Assembly (NCBI RefSeq): GCF_039541115.1
Contig: NZ_BAABFP010000008.1
Location: forward strand, 496,001 to 560,000
Length of the DNA: 64,000 nt
Direction of reading: 5' to 3'
Source: Angustibacter luteus
GTDB taxonomy: Bacteria; Actinomycetota; Actinomycetes; Actinomycetales; Angustibacteraceae
Part shown: piece after piece, positions 10,067 through 22,072 of the stretch
Layout: every line of letters starts with the position of its first letter
Position numbering within the stretch: position 1 is the stretch's first letter
The notes under the pieces: generated by a model
Seen by the model: the letters and a program-made list of their open reading frames with translations, nothing else
Databases searched by the model: none
Told to the model about the DNA's origin: nothing
Made by a program: the position numbers and the translations under genes

Positions 10067-10630
10067 TCAGCGACCCCGGAGCAGGCTCATCGCCTCGGCG
10101 CGCGTGGCGACGTCCCGCAGCTGCCCGCGCACCGCGGAGGTGATCGTGCGGGTGTCCGGGCGGCGCACTCCCCGCATCGCCATGCACAGGTGCTCGCACT
10201 CGATGACCACCAGCACGCCGCGCGGCTCGAGGTGCTCGACCAGGGCGTCGGCGATCTGGCTCGTCAGCCGCTCCTGGATCTGCGGCCGGCGAGCGTAGAC
10301 GTCGACCAGCCGGGCGAGCTTCGAGAGCCCGGTGACCCGGCCGTCCTTCGCGGGGATGTAGCCGACGTGCGCCTGCCCGTGGAACGGCACCAGGTGGTGC
10401 TCGCACATCGAGTACACGTCGATGTCGCGCACCAGCACCAGCTCGTCGTGACCGATGTTGAAGGTCGTCGTCAGGACGTCCTCGGCGCGCTGGTCCATGC
10501 CCGCGTAGATCTCGCTGAACGAGCGCGCCACCCGGGCCGGGGTGTCCTTGAGGCCCTCGCGGTCCGGGTCCTCCCCGATCGACAGCAGCAGCTCACGCAC
10601 GGCTGCTTCGGCTCGCGGCTGGTCGATCAC
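10067..10630 (-). CDS. folE: GTP cyclohydrolase I
   Basis: [34 protein letters not shown]. Confidence 0.97.
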   Translation of the reverse strand: MIDQPRAEAAVRELLLSIGEDPDREGLKDTPARVARSFSEIYAGMDQRAEDVLTTTFNIGHDELVLVRDIDVYSMCEHHLVPFHGQAHVGYIPAKDGRVTGLSKLARLVDVYARRPQIQERLTSQIADALVEHLEPRGVLVVIECEHLCMAMRGVRRPDTRTITSAVRGQLRDVATRAEAMSLLRGR

Positions 10631-10645
10631 CTGGTGCTCCGGGCG

Positions 10646-12685
<2,040 letters not shown>

Positions 12686-12871
12686 GGTTTCGGGGTCTAG
12701 GACCCCATCCTCCTGCTCGATCGACTCGTGCTGATCAGGCGGCGATCCGCCCGATCACGTGGTCCACGACCTGGTCATGACCGTACACCGCCGTACACGT
12801 CTTCCCGGACGGCGGTACACGTGGGGTCAACGCGCGAGCGGGGTGCGGTGTTCCGGCCGATCAGCGGGCGC

Positions 12872-13423
12872 TCAGGAGTACACGTGCGGCGCGAGCGTGC
12901 CCACGAAGGGCAGGTTGCGGTACTTCTCCGCGTAGTCCAGGCCGTAGCCGACGACGAACTCAGGGTCGATGTCGAAGCCCACGTACCGGACCTCGACCTC
13001 GACCTTGGCCGCCGCGGGCTTGCGCAGCAGGGTGCAGATGCTCACGGACGCCGGGCCGCGCGAACGCAGGTTGGACTGCAGCCACGACAGGGTCAGGCCC
13101 GAGTCGACGATGTCCTCGACGATGAGCACGTTGCGGCCGGTGATGTCGCGGTCGAGGTCCTTGAGGATCCGCACGACGCCCGAGGACTTCGTGCCCGAGC
13201 CGTACGACGACACGGCCATCCAGTCCATCTCGGCCGGGTGGTGCAGCGCCCGGGCCAGGTCGGCCATGACCATGACCGCACCCTTGAGCACGCCGACGAG
13301 CAGCAGGTCCTGCCCGGCGTAGTCGGCGTCGATCTCCGCCGCCAGCTCGCGCAGCCGGTCCTGGATCTGCGCCTCGGTCAGCATCACCGAGGCAAGGTCG
13401 TCGCCCATGTCCGTGTGGTCCAC
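12872..13423 (-). CDS. hpt: Hypoxanthine phosphoribosyltransferase (C-terminal part of the 12872-14392 ORF; own GTG at 13423)
   Basis: [50 protein letters not shown]. Confidence 0.95.
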   Translation of the reverse strand: MDHTDMGDDLASVMLTEAQIQDRLRELAAEIDADYAGQDLLLVGVLKGAVMVMADLARALHHPAEMDWMAVSSYGSGTKSSGVVRILKDLDRDITGRNVLIVEDIVDSGLTLSWLQSNLRSRGPASVSICTLLRKPAAAKVEVEVRYVGFDIDPEFVVGYGLDYAEKYRNLPFVGTLAPHVYS

Positions 13424-14392
13424 GAGGAGCAGCCTGCCACACCGCCGGACCGCCCCGACGCCCCCGGGCAGCGCCACCACGCCCTGCCCGCGCCACCGGG
13501 TGACCAGCGCCTCCATCGCCGCGACGTGCGTGGCGGACAGCCGCCCGTCCAGTGCGCCCGCCGCGACCGCCGCGCGGCGCAGCACCCGACCCCGCAGGGC
13601 AGCGGGCAGGTCGGCCAGCGCGGCGACGTCGAGGCCCTGCGCGTCGTCCGGCTGGCTCGCGGTGCGCAGCGCCTGGTCAGCCAGGTCGTCGAGCAGGTCG
13701 GCGTCCGCCCGGGCCAGGGCCGCCGTCCGGGCCAGGGCATCCAGCACGCCGGGCCCCAGCGCGGCCTCGAGCTCGGGGAGCAGCCGGCGCGCGCGCACCC
13801 GGGCGTACCGGGGATCGTCGTTGTGCGGGTCCTGCCAGGGGTCGAGGTCGAGGACGCCGCAGGCACGGGCGGTGGTGGCCCGGTCGACGTCCAGCAGCGG
13901 GCGGCGCAGCACCCCCCGGCGCTCGGCCATGCCGGCCAGCGAGCGGGTGCCGGACCCGCGGGCCAGTCCGAGCAGCACCGTCTCGGCCTGGTCGTCGCGG
14001 GTGTGCCCGAGCAGGACGGCGCGGGCACCGGTCTGCGCCGCCACCTTCTCCAGGGCCTCGTAGCGCGCGCTACGCGCGGCCGCCTCGGGCCCGGTGCCGT
14101 CGTCCGGGACGTCGACCCGCACGACGTGCACCGGGTCGAGTCCCAGCCCGCGGCAGGTGGCGGCGGCCCGCTCGCCGACGTCCGCCGAGCCGGCCTGCAG
14201 GCCGTGGTCGACCAGGACGGCTCCGACCCGCAGGTGCCGTCGCGGTCCGACGAAGGCGGTGGCCGCCGCGAGCGCGAGCGAGTCGGCTCCGCCGCTGACC
14301 GCGACGAGCACGAGGTCGCCGTCGTCCAGGTCGGCGAGCGAGCGGCGCACGGCCACCCGGACGTCGGCCACCGCGCGGTCGGGTCCGGTCAC
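12872..14392 (-). CDS. tilS: tRNA(Ile)-lysidine synthetase reading through in frame into hpt (TilS-Hpt fusion ORF)
   Basis: [13 protein letters not shown]-loop, [27 protein letters not shown]; no stop before the hpt domain. Confidence 0.9.
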   Translation of the reverse strand: MTGPDRAVADVRVAVRRSLADLDDGDLVLVAVSGGADSLALAAATAFVGPRRHLRVGAVLVDHGLQAGSADVGERAAATCRGLGLDPVHVVRVDVPDDGTGPEAAARSARYEALEKVAAQTGARAVLLGHTRDDQAETVLLGLARGSGTRSLAGMAERRGVLRRPLLDVDRATTARACGVLDLDPWQDPHNDDPRYARVRARRLLPELEAALGPGVLDALARTAALARADADLLDDLADQALRTASQPDDAQGLDVAALADLPAALRGRVLRRAAVAAGALDGRLSATHVAAMEALVTRWRGQGVVALPGGVGAVRRCGRLLLVDHTDMGDDLASVMLTEAQIQDRLRELAAEIDADYAGQDLLLVGVLKGAVMVMADLARALHHPAEMDWMAVSSYGSGTKSSGVVRILKDLDRDITGRNVLIVEDIVDSGLTLSWLQSNLRSRGPASVSICTLLRKPAAAKVEVEVRYVGFDIDPEFVVGYGLDYAEKYRNLPFVGTLAPHVYS

Positions 14393-14423
14393 GGGCTCAG
14401 CGTAGGGCGGGCGCGCGGCGGGC

Positions 14424-14500
14424 GAACATGTCGAGGGTTACGTCCACTTGTCGAGGGTCGTTCACCTCGGGAAGCGGGTCTGCACCCACTGAACGTGATC
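14424..14500. repeat. Long imperfect intergenic inverted repeat containing two TGTCGAGGGT direct repeats
   Basis: Left arm GAACATGTCGAGGGTTACGTCCACTTGTCGAGG pairs imperfectly with CCTCGGGAAGCGGGTCTGCACCCACTGAACGTGATC. Confidence 0.5.
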
Positions 14501-14504
14501 AACG

Positions 14505-15563
14505 TCAGGGGCGGACGCGGGCCACCCAGGCGGCGGGGTCGGCCACCTCCTGCGGCGACGGCAAGGTCTCCGGCGACGTCCAGACCGCGTTGAAGCCGTC
14601 CATGCCGACCTTGTCGACCACGCCGCGCACGAACGAGGCGCCGTCCCGGTACTGGCGCATCTTGTCCTCGAGCCCGAGCAGGCGGCGCAGCAGCCGGTCG
14701 AAGGGGTCGACCCCGGCGCGACGGGCGGTGAACCGGGCCCGGATCGTGGCCACGCTGGGCACCACCGAGGGTCCGACCTCGTCCATCACGACGTCCGCGT
14801 GCCCCTCGAGCAGCGACATGGTGGCCGTGATCCCGCGCAGCCGCTCGCGCTGCTCCGGCCCGGCGAACAGGTCGATCAGCGATCCGCCCTCGCCGCGCAG
14901 CACCTCCGGCAGCCGGCGGGCGGCGTCCTCGAGCGTGCTGACCAGGCTCGCCGGGTCCGGGGCCAGGTCACCGGCCAGCGACGTGGCCTGCTCGATCAGG
15001 TGCTGGCGCAGCCAGGGCACCGCGGTGAACTGCACCCGGTGCGTCTCCTCGTGCAGGCACACCCAGAGGCGGAAGTCGGAGGGGTCGACGCCCATCTGGC
15101 GCTCGACGTTCACCAGGTTCGGCGCGACCAGCAGCAGCCGCGGCGTCGCCCCTGGCGCGATGTCGTACTGGCCCAGCACCTTGCCGGACAGGAAGGCCAG
15201 CAGCCCGCCGGCCTCGGCGCCGGTGACCTTGCCGCCGACCGTCGCGAAGACCCCGGTACCGCTGGTCCGCCGGTGCGCCGCCATCTTGTCCACGACGGGC
15301 AGCAGCATGGCCCGCAGCGTGCGCAGGTTCGCCTCCACCCAGCGGGCGCGGTCCACCACGAGGACCACGGGGTCGTCGTCCGGGGCACTGAGGCCGGTGA
15401 TCGCCTCGACGTGCCCGCGGGACTCGACCGCGCAGCGGCGCAGCTCGGCGACCACCGCGGCGGCCTCGTCCGGCTCGACCACCGGCCCGGTGCCGGCCAG
15501 CCGTCGCGCGGTCGCGGCGGCCAGGTCCCAGTCCACCAGTCGGTCCAGCAGCTCCTCGCTCAT
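14505..15563 (-). CDS. Zinc-dependent metalloprotease (DUF2342-like, conserved between dacB and tilS)
   Basis: LHEETHRVQF HExxH, MSLLEGHAD, KMRQYRDG. Confidence 0.88.
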   Translation of the reverse strand: MSEELLDRLVDWDLAAATARRLAGTGPVVEPDEAAAVVAELRRCAVESRGHVEAITGLSAPDDDPVVLVVDRARWVEANLRTLRAMLLPVVDKMAAHRRTSGTGVFATVGGKVTGAEAGGLLAFLSGKVLGQYDIAPGATPRLLLVAPNLVNVERQMGVDPSDFRLWVCLHEETHRVQFTAVPWLRQHLIEQATSLAGDLAPDPASLVSTLEDAARRLPEVLRGEGGSLIDLFAGPEQRERLRGITATMSLLEGHADVVMDEVGPSVVPSVATIRARFTARRAGVDPFDRLLRRLLGLEDKMRQYRDGASFVRGVVDKVGMDGFNAVWTSPETLPSPQEVADPAAWVARVRP

Positions 15564-15588
15564 CCGGGCATCCTCTCCTGGCGGCGGG

Positions 15589-16995
15589 CTATCGGCAGCC
15601 GCAAGCGGTCAGTGCCGCCGCCACCCTGTCCGACGCTCGGCGAGCCAGAGTCGTGCCGCCGACCGGCACCCGGTCGCTCATCACGGCGAAGACGAGCAGC
15701 CGGCCGTCGGCGTCCACGGTCGTGCCGGCGAGGCTGTTGACCCCGGTCAGGGTCCCTGTCTTGGCGCGAACGGTGCCTGCGGCGTCCTGGGTCAGGGGCC
15801 GGTCGAACCGCTCCGCCAGGGTGCCCGTGAAGCCCGAGACCGGCAGACCCGCCAGCAACGGCCGCAGCGCCGGGGTGCTGCCGCCGGACGCGAGCACCAG
15901 CAGGTCGGTGAGCACCTGGCTGGTGACCGCACTGCCGGCGGCCAGTCCGCTGCCGTCCGTGAGGTGTGACCCGCCGACGTCCACGCCGAGCCGTTGCACC
16001 TGGTCCATCACCGCGAGCGCCGAGTCCTCGAACGTCGCCGGCCGCTGCATGGCCTTGGCGGTCAACCGCGCCAGCACCTCGGCGATCGTGTTGTTGCTGG
16101 TCGTCAGGGCCACGCCGAGGACGTCCGCGACCGGCGCCGAGCGGACCTCGCCGAGCACCTTCGCGTCGGCGCTCGCGCGGGTCCGGACGACGTTCCCGAC
16201 GACCGTGATGCCCTGCCGGCGCAGTGCCTGGGCGAACGCCTGGCCGGCGGCGAGCGAGGGATCGGCGGGGCCGGGGTGGTTCACGGCGGCCAGGTCGTCG
16301 TCCAGGCCCAGTGCCGTGATGTGGCCGACGAAGCCGATCTGCAGGTCGGTGGCGGACCAGCCCGGGCTGACGGTCGGACCGGCGAAGGCGCTGTCGTCGA
16401 AGCGCACGGCGACCTGGCTGCGGCCCGCAGCGCTGAGCGCCTTGGCGACCTGGGCGGCGAGCGTGCGCAGGCCGGCGTGGCCGTGCACCTGGTCGAGCTT
16501 CGACGCGCCGGTGCCGAGCATGACGTCACCGCCGCCGACCAGCACGACCTCGTCGGCGCTGCCGCCCTGCACGGCCCTGGTGGCGAGCGTGGTGGCGCCG
16601 CCGACGGTGCTCAGCGTCGCGGCGCCGGTCAGCAGCTTGGCCGTCGAGGCGGGCACCCGCAGCGACGTGCCGAACTGGTCGAGCAACACGTCCCCGGTGG
16701 CGGCGTCGATGACGGTCGCGGAGGTCTGCGGGCCGAGCTGGTCGACCGACAGCAGTGGGTCGAGCACCCGGGACACCCCCTCAGGGGTCGGCGCCGGCGC
16801 GTCGGTGGCCAGCGCCGGCATCGCCGGGGGCAGCGGCTCACGCGCCGGGTCGGACGGCGCGGGCCGGGTCGGCGCCGGACCCGTCGTCGCCGGGTCCAGG
16901 GTCAGCAGCCCGGGGGCGACGTCCGCGACGTCCGCGGCGACGTAGCCCAGCACGAGGACGACGGCGGCCGCGGACAGCCACCTCACCCTGCGCAT
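15589..16995 (-). CDS. dacB: D-alanyl-D-alanine carboxypeptidase/endopeptidase (peptidase S13)
   Basis: PASTAK (SxxK), SNN, DGSGL, AKTGTL. Confidence 0.93.
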   Translation of the reverse strand: MRRVRWLSAAAVVLVLGYVAADVADVAPGLLTLDPATTGPAPTRPAPSDPAREPLPPAMPALATDAPAPTPEGVSRVLDPLLSVDQLGPQTSATVIDAATGDVLLDQFGTSLRVPASTAKLLTGAATLSTVGGATTLATRAVQGGSADEVVLVGGGDVMLGTGASKLDQVHGHAGLRTLAAQVAKALSAAGRSQVAVRFDDSAFAGPTVSPGWSATDLQIGFVGHITALGLDDDLAAVNHPGPADPSLAAGQAFAQALRRQGITVVGNVVRTRASADAKVLGEVRSAPVADVLGVALTTSNNTIAEVLARLTAKAMQRPATFEDSALAVMDQVQRLGVDVGGSHLTDGSGLAAGSAVTSQVLTDLLVLASGGSTPALRPLLAGLPVSGFTGTLAERFDRPLTQDAAGTVRAKTGTLTGVNSLAGTTVDADGRLLVFAVMSDRVPVGGTTLARRASDRVAAALTACGCR

Positions 16996-17091
16996 AGGCC
17001 CCCCTCTGCACGGCACGCGCCCGGTGCGGGACACTTGGACACCCGCGACCCTAGTCGTCGCGCCGAAGTCCGAGCGGAAGAGGGCAGGGCC

Positions 17092-17589
17092 GTGGAGTTC
17101 GACGTCACCATCGAGATCCCCAAGGGTCAGCGCAACAAGTACGAGGTGGACCACGAGACCGGTCGCATCCGGCTGGACCGCATGCTCTTCACCTCGACCC
17201 GCTACCCCGCCGACTACGGGTACGTCGAGGGCACCCTCGGCGAGGACGGCGACCCCCTGGACGCGCTGGTGCTGCTCGAGGAGCCGACGTTCCCGGGCTG
17301 CCTGATCAAGGCCCGCACCATCGGCCTGTTCCACATGCGCGACGAGGCGGGCGGGGACGACAAGCTGCTCTGCGTGCCCGCCGGCGACCCGCGGCTGAAG
17401 CACATCCAGGACCTCGAGGACGTCTCGGAGTTCGACCGGCTGGAGATCCAGCACTTCTTCGAGACCTACAAGGACCTCGAGCCCGGCAAGTCCGTCGAGG
17501 GCGCGCACTGGGCCGGCCGCGCGGAGGCCGAGGCGGAGGTCCTGGCCTCCTACGAGCGGGCCAAGGGCACCAGCTTCGCCGCGCACTGA
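17092..17589 (+). CDS. ppa: Inorganic pyrophosphatase
   Basis: [37 protein letters not shown]. Confidence 0.97.
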   Translation: MEFDVTIEIPKGQRNKYEVDHETGRIRLDRMLFTSTRYPADYGYVEGTLGEDGDPLDALVLLEEPTFPGCLIKARTIGLFHMRDEAGGDDKLLCVPAGDPRLKHIQDLEDVSEFDRLEIQHFFETYKDLEPGKSVEGAHWAGRAEAEAEVLASYERAKGTSFAAH

Positions 17590-17602
17590 CCGCGGCGAGC
17601 GG

Positions 17603-18976
17603 TCAGGGGCGGCCCGCGTAGGGCATGCGGTCCGAGCGGTAGATCGACGAGATCCGCACGTTCGCGCCGGTGTAGGGAGCCTCGACCATCTGGCCGCCGC
17701 CGATGTAGATGGCCACGTGGTGGATGGTGCTCGGGTTCGAGGTGTTGGTGGCGAAGAAGATCAGGTCACCGCGGCGCAGGCTGCTGTACGACACGTGCTC
17801 GGTCATGGAGTACTGCATCACCGAGGAGTGCGGCAGGTACACGCCCGCCCGCGCCCAGGCCTGCAGGGTCAACCCGGAGCAGTCGTAGGTGGACGGACCG
17901 TCAGCCGCCCACTCGTAGGGCTTGCCGAGCTGGGTCAGGGCCCAGCTCGCTGCGGCCGAGCCACCGGACGACGAACCCTGGGACGAGCCACCGCCCGAGC
18001 TCCCGCCGGACGTCCCACCCGAGCTGCCGCCCGAGCTGCTACCCGAGCTGCTGCCGCTGCTGGAGTGGTGCGCTTGCTGGGCCGCCCGGCGACGGGCGGC
18101 GGCTGCCGCCTCGCGACGGCGTTCGGCGCGGGCCGCGCGCTCGGCGGCGGCCCGACGGGCAGCCTCGGCGCGGGCGCGACGCTCGGCCTCGAGGCCCTGC
18201 TGGCGCTGGCTCTCGAGCCGCACGGACGTCTTGCGCAGGGCGGCGAGCTGGACGATGGTCTGCTGGCGCTGGGCCGAGATGGCCGCGGTCTGCTGCGCGG
18301 CGGCGTCGGCCTTGTCCTGCACGGCCTGCCGGGCGGCGTCGAGCCTGGCTGCGGCGGCCGCCTGCTCGGCGAGCGCGGCGTCGGCCTGGTGTCGCATCAA
18401 GGTGGCGACCACCCGGCTGGCGCGGGCCCGCTCGAAGGTCTGCTCGACGACGTTGTTGGCGATCCGGTAGCTGGCGGCGGACTGCAGCAGCTCCTGCGGT
18501 GTGGTCGCGCCGATGAGGACGTCGAGGCCGCCGAAGGAGCCGCCCTCGTAGTAGGAGTCGACGGCCAGCTGGCCGACGTCCGACTGCGCCTTGTCGGCGG
18601 CCGTCTGCGCGGCGTCGGCCTGGGCGCGAGCGGCCTTGGCGGCGGCGGTGCGGTGGTCGAGCTCCACCTTGGCCTGGTCGTAGGCCTCGGCGGCGACCTG
18701 CACCTGGACCTGGAGGGCCTCGAGCTTCGCGGAGGCCACGGCCAGCGAGGCCTCGAGGCCGTGCACGGTCGTGGCGGCGGCCGAGACGGCCTGCTTCGCC
18801 TGGGCGACCTGGTCGGCCGAGGGGTACACGGGACGAGCCGAGGCACCGTCGGCGGCCGTCACGGTCAACCCGCTGGCCAGCACGAGGGCGGTCGCGGTGA
18901 GCGCGGTGGCACGGCGCACCTGCGTGCCGCGGATGCGGTGCAGCGGACTCATCCGGACCCTTCGGTCGAGGCTCAC
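17603..18976 (-). CDS. Secreted coiled-coil NlpC/P60 (C40) peptidoglycan hydrolase
   Basis: Signal peptide, Ala-rich coiled coil, Ser/Gly linker, LGKPYEW..YDCSGL, HHVAIYIGGG. Confidence 0.92.
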   Translation of the reverse strand: MSLDRRVRMSPLHRIRGTQVRRATALTATALVLASGLTVTAADGASARPVYPSADQVAQAKQAVSAAATTVHGLEASLAVASAKLEALQVQVQVAAEAYDQAKVELDHRTAAAKAARAQADAAQTAADKAQSDVGQLAVDSYYEGGSFGGLDVLIGATTPQELLQSAASYRIANNVVEQTFERARASRVVATLMRHQADAALAEQAAAAARLDAARQAVQDKADAAAQQTAAISAQRQQTIVQLAALRKTSVRLESQRQQGLEAERRARAEAARRAAAERAARAERRREAAAAARRRAAQQAHHSSSGSSSGSSSGGSSGGTSGGSSGGGSSQGSSSGGSAAASWALTQLGKPYEWAADGPSTYDCSGLTLQAWARAGVYLPHSSVMQYSMTEHVSYSSLRRGDLIFFATNTSNPSTIHHVAIYIGGGQMVEAPYTGANVRISSIYRSDRMPYAGRP

Positions 18977-19245
18977 GTCAGGCCCCAGCTGGGGCCGGAC
19001 GGCGATCGCCAGGCAGGCGCGCTCGACCGAGACTAGGCGAAAGTTGCCCCATAGGGAACACCAGTCACACAGGTCCCGTGTCAGTTTCCTCTGACGCGGC
19101 GATCACATGCGAGCCGACACGCCGAATCACACCCATGTGTTTTCGCAGGTGATGACCCGTTCTGCCCTCTCACACACCGGACCAATCGACGCCTGAAAGT
19201 AGTCACTTGAGTACACCGGGTAATCAAATTGTGATGAGATGACGA

Positions 19246-19280
19246 GTAACTTGACAGTTACGTAACCGATGGCTGACATT
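19246..19280 (+). promoter_or_regulatory. Leaderless promoter and palindromic operator of the arsR-SRPBCC operon
   Basis: TTGACA 19251-19256, GACATT 19275-19280, ATG 19287; GTAAC-N6-GTTAC straddles the -35. Confidence 0.7.
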
Positions 19281-19286
19281 GGTCCG

Positions 19287-19616
19287 ATGGAAGCGCTCGC
19301 CGCCCTCGCCGACGACACCCGGCGTCAGATCGTCGAGCTGCTGGCGCACGGCGACCAGCCCGCCGGCGCCATCGCGCAGCGGTTCCCGGTGAGCCGCCCG
19401 GCGGTGTCCCGGCACCTGCGGGTCCTGCGCGAGGCCGGCCTGGTGCACGTCGAGGCCCGCGGCACGCAGCGGCTGTACGCCCTGACCCCGCAGTGGTTCG
19501 ACGAGCTCGACGCCTGGCTGAGCGGCGTCCGCCGGTTCTGGGACCAGCGACTCGACGCGCTCGGCACCGAGGTCGCCCGGGGACGCCGGGCCGCCGACGA
19601 CGAGAGGACGAGCTGA
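19287..19616 (+). CDS. ArsR/SmtB-family transcriptional regulator
   Basis: ALADDTRRQIVELL, SRPAVSRHLRVLREAGLV. Confidence 0.93.
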   Translation: MEALAALADDTRRQIVELLAHGDQPAGAIAQRFPVSRPAVSRHLRVLREAGLVHVEARGTQRLYALTPQWFDELDAWLSGVRRFWDQRLDALGTEVARGRRAADDERTS

Positions 19617-20110
19617 TGTCGCAGACCCTGGACGGTGTCCTGCAGGCCGAGGGCGATGGAGCCGCGGTCCGGTTCCAGCGCGACTACCCGACCGGCGTCC
19701 ACGACCTGTGGGCCGCGATCACCGAGCCGGAGCGCGTCGCTCGCTGGTTCGACCGGGTGTCCGGCGACCTGCGCCCGGGCGGCCGGGTCACCGTGCACTT
19801 CGACGACGGACCCGCGGACTTCGAGGTCGTCACCTGCGAGCCGCCGACGGTTCTGGCCACCCGCTGGCTGCACGCATCCAGCCACTCCCTCGTCACGGCC
19901 CGGCTCACCCCGCTCGCCCCCGACTGCACCCGGCTCGTCGTGGAGCACACCGCGCTGACCCAGCGCTCGGCACCGGACTACGCGGCCGGCTGGCACTACT
20001 ACCTGGACGCGCTGGGCGCCGCGCTGGACGGCGCCCCGCGGCCTGGCTGGGACGAGCACTTCCTGCCGTTGCTGGCCGGCTACCGGGCTCAGGTCACGAA
20101 GCAGAGCTGA
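19616..20110 (+). CDS. SRPBCC/AHSA1-domain protein
   Basis: LWAAITEPERVARW, AAGWHYYLDAL; TGATG coupling to arsR. Confidence 0.88.
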   Translation: MSQTLDGVLQAEGDGAAVRFQRDYPTGVHDLWAAITEPERVARWFDRVSGDLRPGGRVTVHFDDGPADFEVVTCEPPTVLATRWLHASSHSLVTARLTPLAPDCTRLVVEHTALTQRSAPDYAAGWHYYLDALGAALDGAPRPGWDEHFLPLLAGYRAQVTKQS

Positions 20111-21488
20111 GCTGCTGCAGCGCCGCCTGGATGCCCCGGTGGATCGTCGGGTAGGCGTAGGGCATGTCGATCATCGACTGCACCGGGACCTGCGCGCTCA
20201 CCGCGAGCGCGAGGAACCCGAGCACCTCCCCACCGGTCGGTCCGGCCGAGGTGGCACCGACCAGCACCCCGCGGTCCGCGTCCTCGACGACGGTGATGAA
20301 GCCAGCGCCGCCGGGGCCGTGGATCCAGCCCCGGGTGGTGTCACCCAGGTCCACCGTCGCCACCCGCACGTTGGCGAACTGCTCGCGGGCGGCCCGTTCA
20401 GTGAGGCCGACGGCGCCGACCTCCGGGTCGGTGAACGTGACCCGCGGGACCGCGTCGTAGCGCGCCGGCGCGCCGCCCTGACCGAGGACGTCCCGGACGA
20501 CGACGTCGGCCTCGTACATCGACATGTGGGTGAACGCGCCGTGCCCGACGATGTCGCCGAGCGCCCAGACCCGGTCGGTGACCCGGCACCACTCGTCCAC
20601 CGGGACGGTGCGCGCGTCGGGGTCGATGCCCACGGTGTCCAGGCCGACCGCGTGGACGTTGACCGCCCGACCGCTGGCAACCAGCAGCCGGTCCGCGGTC
20701 AGCTCGGTGCCGTCGTCCAGCCGCACCTTCACGGCCCCGCCGGCGCCGTGCGGCTCGGCGTGCGTCGCCCCGACCCCGACCCGGACGTCGATCCCGTCCT
20801 CGGCGAAGGCCGTGGCCACCAGCTCGCCCGCTCGAGGGTCCTCGAGCGCGAGCAGGCGGGGCGCCTTCTCGACCACCGTCACCTGGACGCCGAACCGGGC
20901 CGCCACCTGGGACAGCTCACAGCCGATCGCACCGCCGCCCAGCACGATGAGCGAGTCCGGCAGCTCCCGCGCCTGCACGAAGCCGTGGTTCGTCCAGTAG
21001 TCGACGTCGCCGATGCCCTCCACCGGGGGGATCGCCGGCGTGGTCCCCGTGTTGACCACGACGCCCTTGGTGGCCGTCCAGGACTCGCCGTCGATGCTGA
21101 CCTGCACACCGTCCTCGGTGCGGCCCTCGATGGAGCCGTGGCCGCGGACGAAACGGGCGCCCTTGCCGGTCAGCCGGTCCACCGCCACCTGGTCGTCCCA
21201 GTCGTCCGTCGCCTCGTCGCGGATCCGATCCGCCACCAGCTCCCACCGCGGGTCGACGTAGCCGATCTCTCCGGCCAGCTTCGGGACCCGCCGGGCTTCG
21301 GCGAGCAACCCGGCGGCGCGGATCATCATCTTGGACGGGATGCAGCCCCAGTAGGGGCACTCCCCGCCCACCAGTCGCTCGTCGACCCCGACGACGTCCA
21401 GGCCGGCCTCAGCCAGCCGGCCAGCGACGTCCTCACCACCTGGGCCGAGCCCGATCACGATCACGTCGGCCGTGCGCTCGTTGCTCAT
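20094..21488 (-). CDS. Pyridine nucleotide-disulfide oxidoreductase (dihydrolipoamide dehydrogenase-like)
   Basis: IGLGPGG, GGECPYWGCIPSK redox disulfide, LGGGAIG, YPT C-terminus. Confidence 0.9.
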   Translation of the reverse strand: MSNERTADVIVIGLGPGGEDVAGRLAEAGLDVVGVDERLVGGECPYWGCIPSKMMIRAAGLLAEARRVPKLAGEIGYVDPRWELVADRIRDEATDDWDDQVAVDRLTGKGARFVRGHGSIEGRTEDGVQVSIDGESWTATKGVVVNTGTTPAIPPVEGIGDVDYWTNHGFVQARELPDSLIVLGGGAIGCELSQVAARFGVQVTVVEKAPRLLALEDPRAGELVATAFAEDGIDVRVGVGATHAEPHGAGGAVKVRLDDGTELTADRLLVASGRAVNVHAVGLDTVGIDPDARTVPVDEWCRVTDRVWALGDIVGHGAFTHMSMYEADVVVRDVLGQGGAPARYDAVPRVTFTDPEVGAVGLTERAAREQFANVRVATVDLGDTTRGWIHGPGGAGFITVVEDADRGVLVGATSAGPTGGEVLGFLALAVSAQVPVQSMIDMPYAYPTIHRGIQAALQQLSSAS

Positions 21489-21520
21489 GCCGCGATCCTC
21501 GCCGATCCTGGCCGACCCGG

Positions 21521-22012
21521 CTAGCGCTGTTGCCGCGGCGCCGTCGCCCGCAGGCTCGTGCCGCGCAGCGCGGGGGGCAGGTACCGGGCCCCGGAGCCGG
21601 TCTCGCGCATCACGTCGTCCGGGTTCGACAGGCGGCAGCGCTGCAACGACAGGCAGCCGCAGCCGATGCACGAGGTCAGCCCGTCACGCAGCCGCTCCAG
21701 CGCGGCGATCTGCTCGTCCAGCCGGTCCTGCCAGGAACGGCTCAGCCGCGCCCAGTCCGCCTTCGTCGGGGTGCGGGCACTCGGCAACGTCGCCAGCGCG
21801 TCCCGGATCTCGTCCAGTGAGAGCCCGACGTTCTGTGCCGCCCGGACGAACGCGAGCCGGCGCAGCACCGAGCGGTGGAAGCGGCGCTGCCCACCGGTGG
21901 TCCGGTCGGACTCGACCAGACCCTGGCTCTCGTAGTACCGGATCGCCGAGCTGGCCAGACCACTGCGCCGGGACACCTCGCCGATGACCAGGAGGTCGTG
22001 CGTCGAGCTCAT
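21521..22012 (-). CDS. soxR: Redox-sensitive transcriptional activator SoxR
   Basis: MerR HTH plus CIGCGCLSLQRC [2Fe-2S] motif. Confidence 0.96.
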   Translation of the reverse strand: MSSTHDLLVIGEVSRRSGLASSAIRYYESQGLVESDRTTGGQRRFHRSVLRRLAFVRAAQNVGLSLDEIRDALATLPSARTPTKADWARLSRSWQDRLDEQIAALERLRDGLTSCIGCGCLSLQRCRLSNPDDVMRETGSGARYLPPALRGTSLRATAPRQQR

Positions 22013-22034
22013 CGCAGCGCCACCTCCGCTCCCC

Positions 22035-22065
22035 TTGACCTCAAGTTCACTTGAACTTACATCAT
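22035..22065 (+). promoter_or_regulatory. SoxR-activated promoter with sox box
   Basis: TTGACC -35, 19-bp spacer containing CCTCAAGTTCACTTGAAC, CATCAT -10, ATG at 22073. Confidence 0.88.
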
Positions 22066-22072
22066 CGACAAC

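Noticed and set aside
17991..18050. 12-bp tandem repeats in the NlpC/P60 gene
   Set aside because: They simply encode the Ser/Gly linker, which is ordinary for this family.
18977..19245. c-di-AMP (ydaO) riboswitch upstream of the NlpC/P60 gene
   Set aside because: The characteristic conserved ydaO segments were not found by eye.
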